Source: a virus
Taxonomy: Duplodnaviria > Caudoviricetes
DNA: 64,000 nucleotides
Direction: 5' to 3' (one strand)
IMG/VR virus record: IMGVR_UViG_3300010373_000047
Coordinates: 273-64,272 of that record
Each line of letters begins with the position of its first letter. Within the stretch, counting starts at the first letter, position 1. Shown here piece after piece: positions 56,328-64,000 of the stretch. The translations under genes and the position numbers were made by a program. The notes under the pieces are model-generated. The model worked only from the letters and a program-made list of their open reading frames with translations. It was not told the DNA's origin and searched no databases.

Positions 56328-58025
56328 TTAAAACGCTGTCTCGTTGCTCGGTACAAAAGGAAAGCCGCCAAAATTAGCAGCGTTGTTAAATTTCCGTTGG
56401 CATGTCGTCATCATGTGGTCGTCGCCCGCCGTCAGCGACATCAAGTCGCCCGAAGCGGGCGCAAACGGGAGCGCTGAAAACAAGGTGATCAACCCCTGGG
56501 TGGACGTGCTCGGATTGTTGGTGCCGATACGATAGTGGGTCGCGACTTGGTCTTGGCTAAGCGCGTAATTGTAGATCGCTACCTGCGCAAGATAACCGTC
56601 GAACCAAACGTTAAAATTAGTGTTGCTGTATCCGCCCGAACCAGCCGTCGCTCTGCCGATAGTGGCCCCTTGCCAGATAAACGTATCGCCACCCGCAGCC
56701 GATCCGCCCGCGCTATACAAGCCGTTGACGTACACGTCGACATAGCGCCCGCCACGCCAAATCGCGACGACGTGAGACCACTGATTTGGCGTGCATGCGA
56801 ACCCGACACCAGGCTTGTTAGGGGTCCATTGCATCGCGCTAAACGACAATCCGCTGCCTGCTGGTATGGTATTGCGCAACGCCGACCCAGGAGCGCCGTT
56901 CGAGCTCAAACCAGAGGGATTCGAGTCAAATATGCCCTGGAACGTCGCCACCAACGGTTTACACCAGAACTCGACGGTGAGCGCCGCGCCGTAGTTTGCC
57001 GTTTTTTGCGGATTCGGCACGACCGAAATCGACAAGTATCCTGTCCCTCCGTCAAAGAGCGCGGCTGTGGTCGTATCGCCAACCAGCGGCCCGACCTGTC
57101 CGAACGTCACGCCCCCATTAACAGCGGCCCCATAGAAATTGCCGCTCGAGTCAGCAGCAGTACTCGCCCCGACAGCATCGCCGAGTGTCCAATACGCAAG
57201 CGGAGAATCGTTGATAATTGCCTGTTTGTAGAAACGTTGGTTGCCCGCCCCGATGCTCGTTACGATAGATCGCACCAAACCCTGGTTCTTGCCGCTAGTA
57301 AAAACTACCTTGCCCTGGTCGAGCCATCCGTCTGGCATTGGCGTGCCGCCCTTTGGGATTCCTGCGGGAAGGTTGAATTTCGGAATCACGATTGCGGATT
57401 GTGTCGACCCACGACCTGCCGCGATGTCGGTGACGGTAAAATTCGACTCGGTTAAGCCGCACGACGCGCTGTAGGTGAAAAACGGACACGCGGCTTGAAA
57501 AACGTCGCGCGGATACGGCTGCGCTAAAAAGTCAAGCGCGGGCGAACATGTGATCTCTGCTTTGACGCTATCCACGTCAGCGTCAGCAACATACCCGACA
57601 AAAACCACCACCGATCCGTATGGGGTGGCGTCGACGCTGTACGCCGTGCCGCTATTGATGCGCACCGGATTGAATATCCTGTCGATGCGAATCGTCGCGC
57701 CGTCAAACAACCCCGCAACAATCGCCTGTTTAAGCGTTAAACCGAGAGCCACAAGGTTTGCGGAAGTTGATTGGATCGTGATCGTAACCGCATCGACTTT
57801 GACTCCGCCGATATCCTGGGCTAGTCGTTTTTGTTTGATTGCGGTGCGCTCGATAATCGGATCGGTATGTAGATACGTGACGCCATTAAACACCACGTCT
57901 GCGTCGAGGCTCGTGATATAAAACACCTGTCCGGTTACGAGCGTAATCGTGTACAAATCGGCTGTGACGAGATGCGCCGATGGCGTCGCAAGTAGCGTTT
58001 GCAATGCGGCCGTCGCGGTTTTCAT
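56328..58025 (-). CDS. Baseplate hub DUF2163/BR0599-like protein with inserted LamG domain
   Basis: ADLYTITL, GLFDGA, FQAACP..Y...CG, C..KFNN..NFGGFPFVP; insert PLAYW.L...TVEFW...WSHVV...VAIYNYALS..V..HY. Confidence 0.85.
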   Translation of the reverse strand: MKTATAALQTLLATPSAHLVTADLYTITLVTGQVFYITSLDADVVFNGVTYLHTDPIIERTAIKQKRLAQDIGGVKVDAVTITIQSTSANLVALGLTLKQAIVAGLFDGATIRIDRIFNPVRINSGTAYSVDATPYGSVVVFVGYVADADVDSVKAEITCSPALDFLAQPYPRDVFQAACPFFTYSASCGLTESNFTVTDIAAGRGSTQSAIVIPKFNLPAGIPKGGTPMPDGWLDQGKVVFTSGKNQGLVRSIVTSIGAGNQRFYKQAIINDSPLAYWTLGDAVGASTAADSSGNFYGAAVNGGVTFGQVGPLVGDTTTAALFDGGTGYLSISVVPNPQKTANYGAALTVEFWCKPLVATFQGIFDSNPSGLSSNGAPGSALRNTIPAGSGLSFSAMQWTPNKPGVGFACTPNQWSHVVAIWRGGRYVDVYVNGLYSAGGSAAGGDTFIWQGATIGRATAGSGGYSNTNFNVWFDGYLAQVAIYNYALSQDQVATHYRIGTNNPSTSTQGLITLFSALPFAPASGDLMSLTAGDDHMMTTCQRKFNNAANFGGFPFVPSNETAF

Positions 58026-58027
58026 TT

Positions 58028-60799
58028 TTACTGTGGTGTCGAAATGCCGCGCGCACCGCGCTGGATTGTGCTGATGATCGTATCAGCGTGATCTTTAAAG
58101 AATCGCCGCACGTCGCGCGAATCCATCGCAGAGACGTTAAAATGCACGTGGGTTTGGCTTGACGGATCGTCACCCTTGTCGAGCATGTTCTGAAAACCCT
58201 CGGATAAATAAGCAGGCAACACCATCTCTTTCGGATGCAGAATTGACGGAATGCCGTTGCCGTTTGATTTTCCCACGACCATGCCGCCCGCTGCGCTTGG
58301 TACGATACCACCACCGGCGAACGTCGTGCCAAAAATTGACGGCTTGGCAAAATTGGCAATATCGATTGATAAAATTTCGTCGAGCGTCAGGCTGATTGCC
58401 GTCAGGAGCGCCGCTTGTGTCGCTGCCGCACCCATTGTCGAAGATGCAAATATGCCGCTCAGCGTAGTTGTCTGAACGATCTTGGCCGCGAGTTCTTTTG
58501 CAGCGGTTGCGGTCATGGTTGCCGCCAATCCGCCCGCCGCGCCACCAGCCTGCTGGCCAGCGCTGTTGCCGCCGCCGCCCTGCCCGCCGCCAAATGTTTT
58601 CGATAAGAACCCACCGACCGATCCAAACAACATGCCGACGAGACCGCTACCGCTATTGCCCGTAATTGCCCCAGAAATGCGTTGTGCGACGCTCGGACCA
58701 AGCAGCATCCCAATGATGCCACCCGCACCGCCCGCACCCGTCAGCGCCCCAAACGCGCCGCCGCCGAGGCCTTTCTGGCCGAATGCCGCCCCACCGAGCG
58801 TACCCTGTGCGCCGCCGAACAGCGCTGCGAACCCTGCGTCTTTGCCGAGCCCAAGCAGCCATTTTTTCATCAGCACAGAAACGCGATCCTGGCCTTTGCC
58901 GGTAGCCGACAGGATCGAGTCAAACATGTGTTGAATGTTATCGGTGATTTTGTTCGATGTTTGCTTCCACGCGTCGACCGCTTTCGCCGCCGCCTCGTCG
59001 TTGATTTTCTGTATTGCGAGCGAACCCTTGGTGGCGATACCGGCGAGCTGGTTTTCGTAGTCCTGTTGTGCGACAAGGATTTCGCTCTGCGTTTTTTTGA
59101 TCGCCTCTGAGTTGAGCGTGCCGTGCTCTTGTAACACGGCTAGCTGCTGGTTTAGCGAGCTGACTTTATTGGTGTATTGTACTTGCGCCTCGGCTTTTAG
59201 CGCATCGGTTTCGGTTTGTGCCGCCTTGAGCGACGCCGCCAACGTATCCGCAGCCGAACTGTCGTGCATCCTCATCGACTGTCGGATGCTTTCCTCTTGT
59301 GCCGCAGCTTGCGCGCGAATCTGCTCCACCTGTCCCGCTACGGCTTTTTCTGATAAGGCTTGCGATTGTTGTAGATCGCCGAGACGTAGGCGCTGCGTCT
59401 CAGCGATCTGTTCGTTCACAGCGCGTTGCACCTCGACTGCTTGTTTTCGCGCCTCGGTCGAAGTCGCGCCGAACAGTTTGACCGCCTCGTTGTAGATTTT
59501 GCGCTCTGCCGTAATCTTAAAAGCGACGTCTTTGTCTTTCTCGGCTTCCTCGAGGTGCTGCTCGTCAGAAAACGCTTCGAACCTATCCTTGAGCGCCTTG
59601 GCTGCGTCGGAATTGTATCCGGCTCCGATACCGCCCTCGCCTTGATTCTCTCCGCCAAACAGCGCAGAGACGCTACCGATATCGTGCGCCGCTTTGATCT
59701 TGTTTTGAAACTCGGTGAAACGTTTTTCAATATCGTCGAGAGCCGCGCCACCGCCTCCGGTGCGCACCGCATCGCCGAACGCCGAACTAATCGCGTTGCC
59801 CGCCTCTTTGATTGCGGCCGTGAACGGATGCAGGATACGCTCAACCGCGCCGATGGCTGGTTGTAGTTTGGTGTACAGCCAAGACGCCAAATCTCCCACG
59901 AGCTCGCCCAGCGTTTCGACCGCAAAAATGTTCACGGTCATAGATTCTCCCCACCCCTGGATGGCTGGGGATATCACCGAGACTATCGACCGACCGAGCG
60001 ATTCAGCAGCCACCTTTACGGTCGAGAGCGCTACGTGGTCAGCGTCAAACGTATGCGCCTGCTGGTCGGTAGTCGTGCCGAGCAGACGAAAATCGGCCAC
60101 CAGGCGCCTGATGGTGCCGGACCCTTGATCCATTGCAGGGATGAGCTGGGTGCCAACGCGAGCGCCTAACAGATTCGCGACTGCGCCAGCCTTTTCGGTG
60201 CCGTCTTTCATCGCACCTACGGCATCCGCCATCGCATAAAATTGTTCTTCTGGGTTCAGCGCCTTGAGCTTGGCAAGACTTAAGTGCAGTTCGGAAAACG
60301 CCCCAACGGCTGTCTTGGAGCCGTTTTCAGCTTGCGTCAGCTTGAGCGCCATCTGGCGCATTGCGCGCTCGAAGCCCTCCATGCTGACGCCCGCCAGTGC
60401 GGTAACTTGCTGCAGACCAGCAAGCTCGTCGACCGCGACCCCGGTGCGTTGGCTCATTTGCTCGAGTTCGACGCCGCCGTGAATAGCGGCCTCGGCCATC
60501 TCGCGCAGTTTGTTGACCGCCTCGAAAATAAAGCCGATGATTGCAATCTCGCCGAACGACTTTAGTGTGGCCTCGAGCCCCTCCGCTGCTTCGTTTGCGG
60601 CATGAAACACGCGAGGCAACCCAGATACCGACTCTTCGACCTTTTTAGGCTCGCGAGTGCCGGAGCGCCCGAACTTTTCGAGCGCCTCGGTCATTTTGGC
60701 GCACGCCGCCGCAACCGCTTCCGACGCCACCTCCATGCCGCTTTTCAGCTCGGACGTGCGCGCCGTTAGCTGTACGGCTAATGTTGTGTCACTGGCCAC
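58028..60799 (-). CDS. Tape measure protein
   Basis: 923 aa, Ala-rich helical; LEQMSQRTGV..L..L; C-terminal FAGGG.VP...LHPKEMVLP...SAMD. Confidence 0.9.
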   Translation of the reverse strand: MASDTTLAVQLTARTSELKSGMEVASEAVAAACAKMTEALEKFGRSGTREPKKVEESVSGLPRVFHAANEAAEGLEATLKSFGEIAIIGFIFEAVNKLREMAEAAIHGGVELEQMSQRTGVAVDELAGLQQVTALAGVSMEGFERAMRQMALKLTQAENGSKTAVGAFSELHLSLAKLKALNPEEQFYAMADAVGAMKDGTEKAGAVANLLGARVGTQLIPAMDQGSGTIRRLVADFRLLGTTTDQQAHTFDADHVALSTVKVAAESLGRSIVSVISPAIQGWGESMTVNIFAVETLGELVGDLASWLYTKLQPAIGAVERILHPFTAAIKEAGNAISSAFGDAVRTGGGGAALDDIEKRFTEFQNKIKAAHDIGSVSALFGGENQGEGGIGAGYNSDAAKALKDRFEAFSDEQHLEEAEKDKDVAFKITAERKIYNEAVKLFGATSTEARKQAVEVQRAVNEQIAETQRLRLGDLQQSQALSEKAVAGQVEQIRAQAAAQEESIRQSMRMHDSSAADTLAASLKAAQTETDALKAEAQVQYTNKVSSLNQQLAVLQEHGTLNSEAIKKTQSEILVAQQDYENQLAGIATKGSLAIQKINDEAAAKAVDAWKQTSNKITDNIQHMFDSILSATGKGQDRVSVLMKKWLLGLGKDAGFAALFGGAQGTLGGAAFGQKGLGGGAFGALTGAGGAGGIIGMLLGPSVAQRISGAITGNSGSGLVGMLFGSVGGFLSKTFGGGQGGGGNSAGQQAGGAAGGLAATMTATAAKELAAKIVQTTTLSGIFASSTMGAAATQAALLTAISLTLDEILSIDIANFAKPSIFGTTFAGGGIVPSAAGGMVVGKSNGNGIPSILHPKEMVLPAYLSEGFQNMLDKGDDPSSQTHVHFNVSAMDSRDVRRFFKDHADTIISTIQRGARGISTPQ

Positions 60800-61079
60800 T
60801 TGTCGCCTCGTTCCATCGCGAGAACAGGCTCTCGATGCTTTCTGTCTCCCATGTCAATTCCGGCGTGCGTTCTTTAATCACACCCAAATACGATCCGACC
60901 AGGATGTGCGTTGGAGGATACTGCGCCCAATAGTCGACTAGCATGTTGTAGTCAGCCATCGTGACGTGCTGGCGTATGTAGTCGAGCGTCCATCCGGTAA
61001 CGGTTACGAGAGTGCCGTACACCTCGCCCCAGTTTAACTTGCCGCGCCGCTGGGCTCCGTCACGGCTGCCGTTTTTCCC
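60789..61079 (-). CDS. Tail assembly chaperone, -1 frameshift extension (G-T type)
   Basis: Slippery G GGA AAA at 61073-61079; the -1 frame reads KNGSRDG...LNWGEVYGTLVTVTGWT...YWAQYPP to the stop at 60789. Confidence 0.75.
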   Translation of the reverse strand, partial: GKNGSRDGAQRRGKLNWGEVYGTLVTVTGWTLDYIRQHVTMADYNMLVDYWAQYPPTHILVGSYLGVIKERTPELTWETESIESLFSRWNEATSGQ

Positions 61080-61384
61080 TCTTCGACCCCGACCGCAGCC
61101 TGAACCGCATTGATCAAATCCACGGGCGTAAAGTTGTCGCGAATATCGTCGATGGTGACGTTCGGATAGTTTCGCCCTACAGCCTCGACGACGACGCGCA
61201 GCATAATATCACGCCGCTCCTGCGCGTTTGGCCCGCCCTCGGCCTCAGTTGTGCCGAGCTTGGCGATATCGTCTTGAAGCTCCTCGAACGAGCCGAGCGC
61301 CAACATCGGCACCACCACGTCGCATTCTGGCGTTTGGACGGTGAGCCCCTTGATTGGTCTTTTGTGAGTTGTATCGAATCCCAT
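61034..61384 (-). CDS. Tail assembly chaperone
   Basis: VVPMLALG, RNYPNVT; lies between tail tube and TMP; leaderless after TTGACG-18-TACTTT. Confidence 0.75.
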   Translation of the reverse strand: MGFDTTHKRPIKGLTVQTPECDVVVPMLALGSFEELQDDIAKLGTTEAEGGPNAQERRDIMLRVVVEAVGRNYPNVTIDDIRDNFTPVDLINAVQAAVGVEEGKTAAVTEPSGAAS

Positions 61385-61428
61385 AGAAGGAAAGTATCGC
61401 AAAAAACCACTAGCCGTCAAATATACGC

Positions 61429-61456
61429 TTGACAAAACCTATCGATAGGATAAAAA
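61429..61456 (+). promoter_or_regulatory. Operator-promoter driving the antisense gene
   Basis: TTGACA-AAACCTATCGATAGGA-TAAAAA. Confidence 0.7.
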
Positions 61457-61465
61457 TTCCCCACC

Positions 61466-61849
61466 ATGACAAACCCAGAACTGGAAAAGCGTTTCATGAC
61501 CCCAGCCCAGGTGAGCGAAGCTGCTGCCATTCTTGCAGCCGAGTTTGGCATACCAGAACCATCGATCCAGTATGGCCCTCGCACGAGAAACGGGCGATAT
61601 AGCCCATCCTCCACAACGATCAAGGTTGGCGCGATTGCATGGCGAGGGGTCGAGGTTTCGTTTCTTCACGAGTTCGCCCACCACCTAAATACGTGTAGAG
61701 GAGGCGGAAACCACGACAAAGGGTTTTGGAATGCGCTTCTTGAGATTACGCGAGCGTGGTATGGCGACCCCGTCCGCTATCCGTGGGGAACAGAATATAA
61801 GGCTGGGCAAAACTTTGCCGAACGTCGCGGCATTCGCCGCCATCGATAA
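61466..61849 (+). CDS. Small zincin-like (SprT-like) metalloprotease
   Basis: LHEFAHHL...HDKGF. Confidence 0.7.
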   Translation: MTNPELEKRFMTPAQVSEAAAILAAEFGIPEPSIQYGPRTRNGRYSPSSTTIKVGAIAWRGVEVSFLHEFAHHLNTCRGGGNHDKGFWNALLEITRAWYGDPVRYPWGTEYKAGQNFAERRGIRRHR

Positions 61850-61885
61850 AAACAGCCGGTCGGAGTGCTAAATTCCGACCGGCTG
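61849..61885. terminator. Hairpin between convergent genes (probable bidirectional terminator)
   Basis: CAGCCGGTCGGA...TCCGACCGGCTG, T run on the - strand. Confidence 0.65.
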
Positions 61886-61965
61886 AACTCGAGGGATAAC
61901 CGACGGCCGAGGCGTCCCGTTCGACCGTCGCCTTGTCTATTGCTAGACGCCCTTCACCTCGAGGG

Positions 61966-63069
61966 TTACTCTGCGAGGTACAGATAGCCGACGTTTCCGC
62001 TCGGACCAGCAAATGCCTCGAAGTCGATTTCCGACATCACGAAATCTTGCTGTTTGGTCGGAATCGAGAATTTGTTGCTCACGCAATTCGGCAGCCACAA
62101 CCCAATGCGCCGGTTGGCGTAGCGACCCTGGTAGCGTAGCCCGAAAATCCCGACCGCGCCCTGTACCGTCTGGTTGATCGTCACGGTGTAGCCGCTTGTC
62201 GCGGTATAGGCGTAGCCAATCAAAACGTTCACACCCGCGTCGGCTGCGTTGAACGTGTACACGCCTGCGGCGACAGAATACTGGCCGACAGACGGGCTCG
62301 ATGCGACAGGCTGCAAAAATATACCGCTCGAGGCATACGCAACCCCAAGATCGCCCAAGAACGTCGAGGCGTTCACCACCGTGGACGTGTTGACCGTGAT
62401 GGTCGGCAACGCGGTGCCCGCGATCAACCCAGACGCTGGCTCAACCCATGCTGACGTTAGCGCAATAGGCGTGGTGTTTTGCTTGGTTTCCGCGCCAGCA
62501 CCGCCGCCGCTCGTGTTGCTCACGTACACATTCCAGCCGGTTGCCCAGGCTGGCGGACTCGCAGGTGCCGCGACGTTCAGAACAAGATTCGCCAAACACG
62601 CCAGGTTGGTTTCGACAGCCGCTGGGCTTTCGTCGCCCGTGGTGCTATTCACCCAAGTGCTGCGAACGTAGTATGTCGTTGCAGTGAGCGATCCGGCTGC
62701 CGTCGAAGTTAACGTGCCGTTAGTTGGCGCAGCCGTAACCGGATAGTGGGATTCGGGCGGATCGGCGACCAGCGTGCGGCCCGAAGTAATGCCGCCGTTC
62801 GATCCAAACACGGTATCGTTGATCATGCCGGAGTTGAAACGCCCGTTCTTGATCTTGCCCGTCACTTTACCTTCGCCGATACCAATCGCCTCGGGAAAGA
62901 TGTTTTGTCCGGTAAGCCGCTTGATCGTTAGATCGAAATCGACCGACAGCTCCTGCAGCACGTCAATCTTGCGCGGTTGCGGTATTGTAGGTGCGGTGCC
63001 GTCCGTATAGGTCCCCAGCGTCGCGTACACGACCCCAGGACCGAAAACAAACTGCCGAGAATCAGCCAT
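61966..63069 (-). CDS. Major tail (tube) protein with inserted FN3/Ig-like domain
   Basis: FGPG..Y, LQE.SVDF....K.L.GQ..FP; GQYSVAAGVYTFNAAD; TKQQDF...EIDFEAFA; insert TYYVRSTW...ES...ATGWNVYV. Confidence 0.85.
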   Translation of the reverse strand: MADSRQFVFGPGVVYATLGTYTDGTAPTIPQPRKIDVLQELSVDFDLTIKRLTGQNIFPEAIGIGEGKVTGKIKNGRFNSGMINDTVFGSNGGITSGRTLVADPPESHYPVTAAPTNGTLTSTAAGSLTATTYYVRSTWVNSTTGDESPAAVETNLACLANLVLNVAAPASPPAWATGWNVYVSNTSGGGAGAETKQNTTPIALTSAWVEPASGLIAGTALPTITVNTSTVVNASTFLGDLGVAYASSGIFLQPVASSPSVGQYSVAAGVYTFNAADAGVNVLIGYAYTATSGYTVTINQTVQGAVGIFGLRYQGRYANRRIGLWLPNCVSNKFSIPTKQQDFVMSEIDFEAFAGPSGNVGYLYLAE

Positions 63070-63084
63070 TGTCGTAAGCTCCTT

Positions 63085-63540
63085 TTAATGATCCACCAGC
63101 ATCGCAAGCTCAAGGACCGTGATGCTCAAGCGCCCCGCTTGCGTTGCGATATAGTCGGACATTCGCCCTTCAAGCCAGCAATGCTGAACCAAATCGCCGA
63201 GCGTCTGCACTCCGAGAGCCGGTATAGGCGCGATTGCATCCTCGACGTTGTCGCACAGATTATTGATCGTCGCCGCTGGGACGTCTGACTCGAGGTCGCA
63301 CATCGCGTACATATACGCCTGTGCCATCAGCGTGACTTTTGCCGGACCGCCGAGCATTGATTGCTCGTAGCGTTCACCCAGCTCATGCAAAAATATCGCA
63401 GGACAATCCGATTCGGTTAACTGCGACGCCGCTGTCATTCTGCGCGACACGGTATTGAACGCACCGCCATTTGCCGCCGACAAAGATAGCGACAGTTGAT
63501 TAAACAACGCCGTATAAATCGTTTCACGCCCGATTGCCAT
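63085..63540 (-). CDS. Tail terminator/completion protein
   Basis: RETIYTALF, SRR, PAIF, QTLG.LVQHCW.EG; immediately upstream of the tail tube gene. Confidence 0.7.
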   Translation of the reverse strand: MAIGRETIYTALFNQLSLSLSAANGGAFNTVSRRMTAASQLTESDCPAIFLHELGERYEQSMLGGPAKVTLMAQAYMYAMCDLESDVPAATINNLCDNVEDAIAPIPALGVQTLGDLVQHCWLEGRMSDYIATQAGRLSITVLELAMLVDH

Positions 63541-64000
63541 TACAACCCCGCATCTTCGCGCGCACGTTCGATTGCGCGCCGCAGCGACGCCTCGTAATCG
63601 GGTTTTATCGCTGTCAGGCTGGGTGCCATGAATGGCTTAGGTCCGAGCGTCACGCTCGACCGGAGCGCGAATAGCGGCACGATTGATCCGCCTTGCTCGC
63701 GCGCATACAGAATCCCGCGATTAAAAAAGGTGCCCTCGAAACCGCCCGCGCCAGGATTCTCGATAATTTGTCGCGCCGACCAGCGCATTACACCCGCGCC
63801 GGTTAACGCCGCGCTGAGCGGTATCGTCAGAAATTGGGCGTTCTTGGGATAGATCGTACCGCCCTTTTCTTGTATGCGGGCGTAAATCGTATTGGTGCCG
63901 ACCGGTCCGCGAATTTCGTCCTCGGTTTCCTGGATCGGCTGGACGGTAGTCGATTCAGACAGCTTACCAGAACGCACGTGCAGCGGATTGCCGCCACGCA
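63540..64000 (-). CDS. Neck / head-tail joining protein (5' end off-window)
   Basis: VRSG.L..S, VGTN..YARIQE.GG.I.PK, PFM.PSL. Confidence 0.7.
   Translation of the reverse strand, partial: RGGNPLHVRSGKLSESTTVQPIQETEDEIRGPVGTNTIYARIQEKGGTIYPKNAQFLTIPLSAALTGAGVMRWSARQIIENPGAGGFEGTFFNRGILYAREQGGSIVPLFALRSSVTLGPKPFMAPSLTAIKPDYEASLRRAIERAREDAGL

Noticed and set aside
61888-61963. c-di-GMP riboswitch or hammerhead ribozyme
   Set aside because: Conserved cores (GCAAA/CUAA; CUGANGA/GAAA) are not present.
1-64000. Alternative genetic code
   Set aside because: Core genes (TerL, portal, TMP, DnaB) are full length under the standard bacterial code.

Overview
Almost a whole tailed dsDNA phage genome of siphovirus type, circularly permuted: the window starts inside the major capsid gene and ends inside a head-tail (neck) gene. 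Nearly all genes lie on the - strand. The exceptions are a + strand block at about 41.1-47.1 kb (ERF, YqaJ, SSB, phosphoesterase, nucleotide enzyme, spanins) and one antisense gene in the tail operon. Recognisable modules are head (portal, MuF-like, XkdF-like protease, scaffold, capsid), terminase, a GTA-like tail tip (TMP, DUF2163, NlpC/P60, tip protein, DUF2460), replication (O-like initiator with iterons, DnaB, primase, beta-clamp, SNF2 helicase), two DNA methyltransferases, an RNA ligase and lysis genes. Spanins imply a diderm host. No integrase, CI-type repressor, canonical tRNA, CRISPR array or reverse transcriptase was seen. Most unusual observations: (1) six genes, five of them in virion operons, encode Sec-signal-peptide proteins whose mature regions all have even cysteine counts, several with tail-fibre-like motifs; (2) an A9G slippery run at the portal C-terminus opens into a MuF-like helix, while the rest of MuF lies 2.8 kb away beyond an inserted cluster of exported-protein genes; (3) nine promoters share a palindromic operator; (4) a separate TATTATCG-N17/18-TAnnnT promoter class sits before late genes; (5) a circularly permuted tRNA-like RNA; (6) a stand-alone DnaE C-terminal fragment. 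All family calls come from motif recognition by eye, not database searches.
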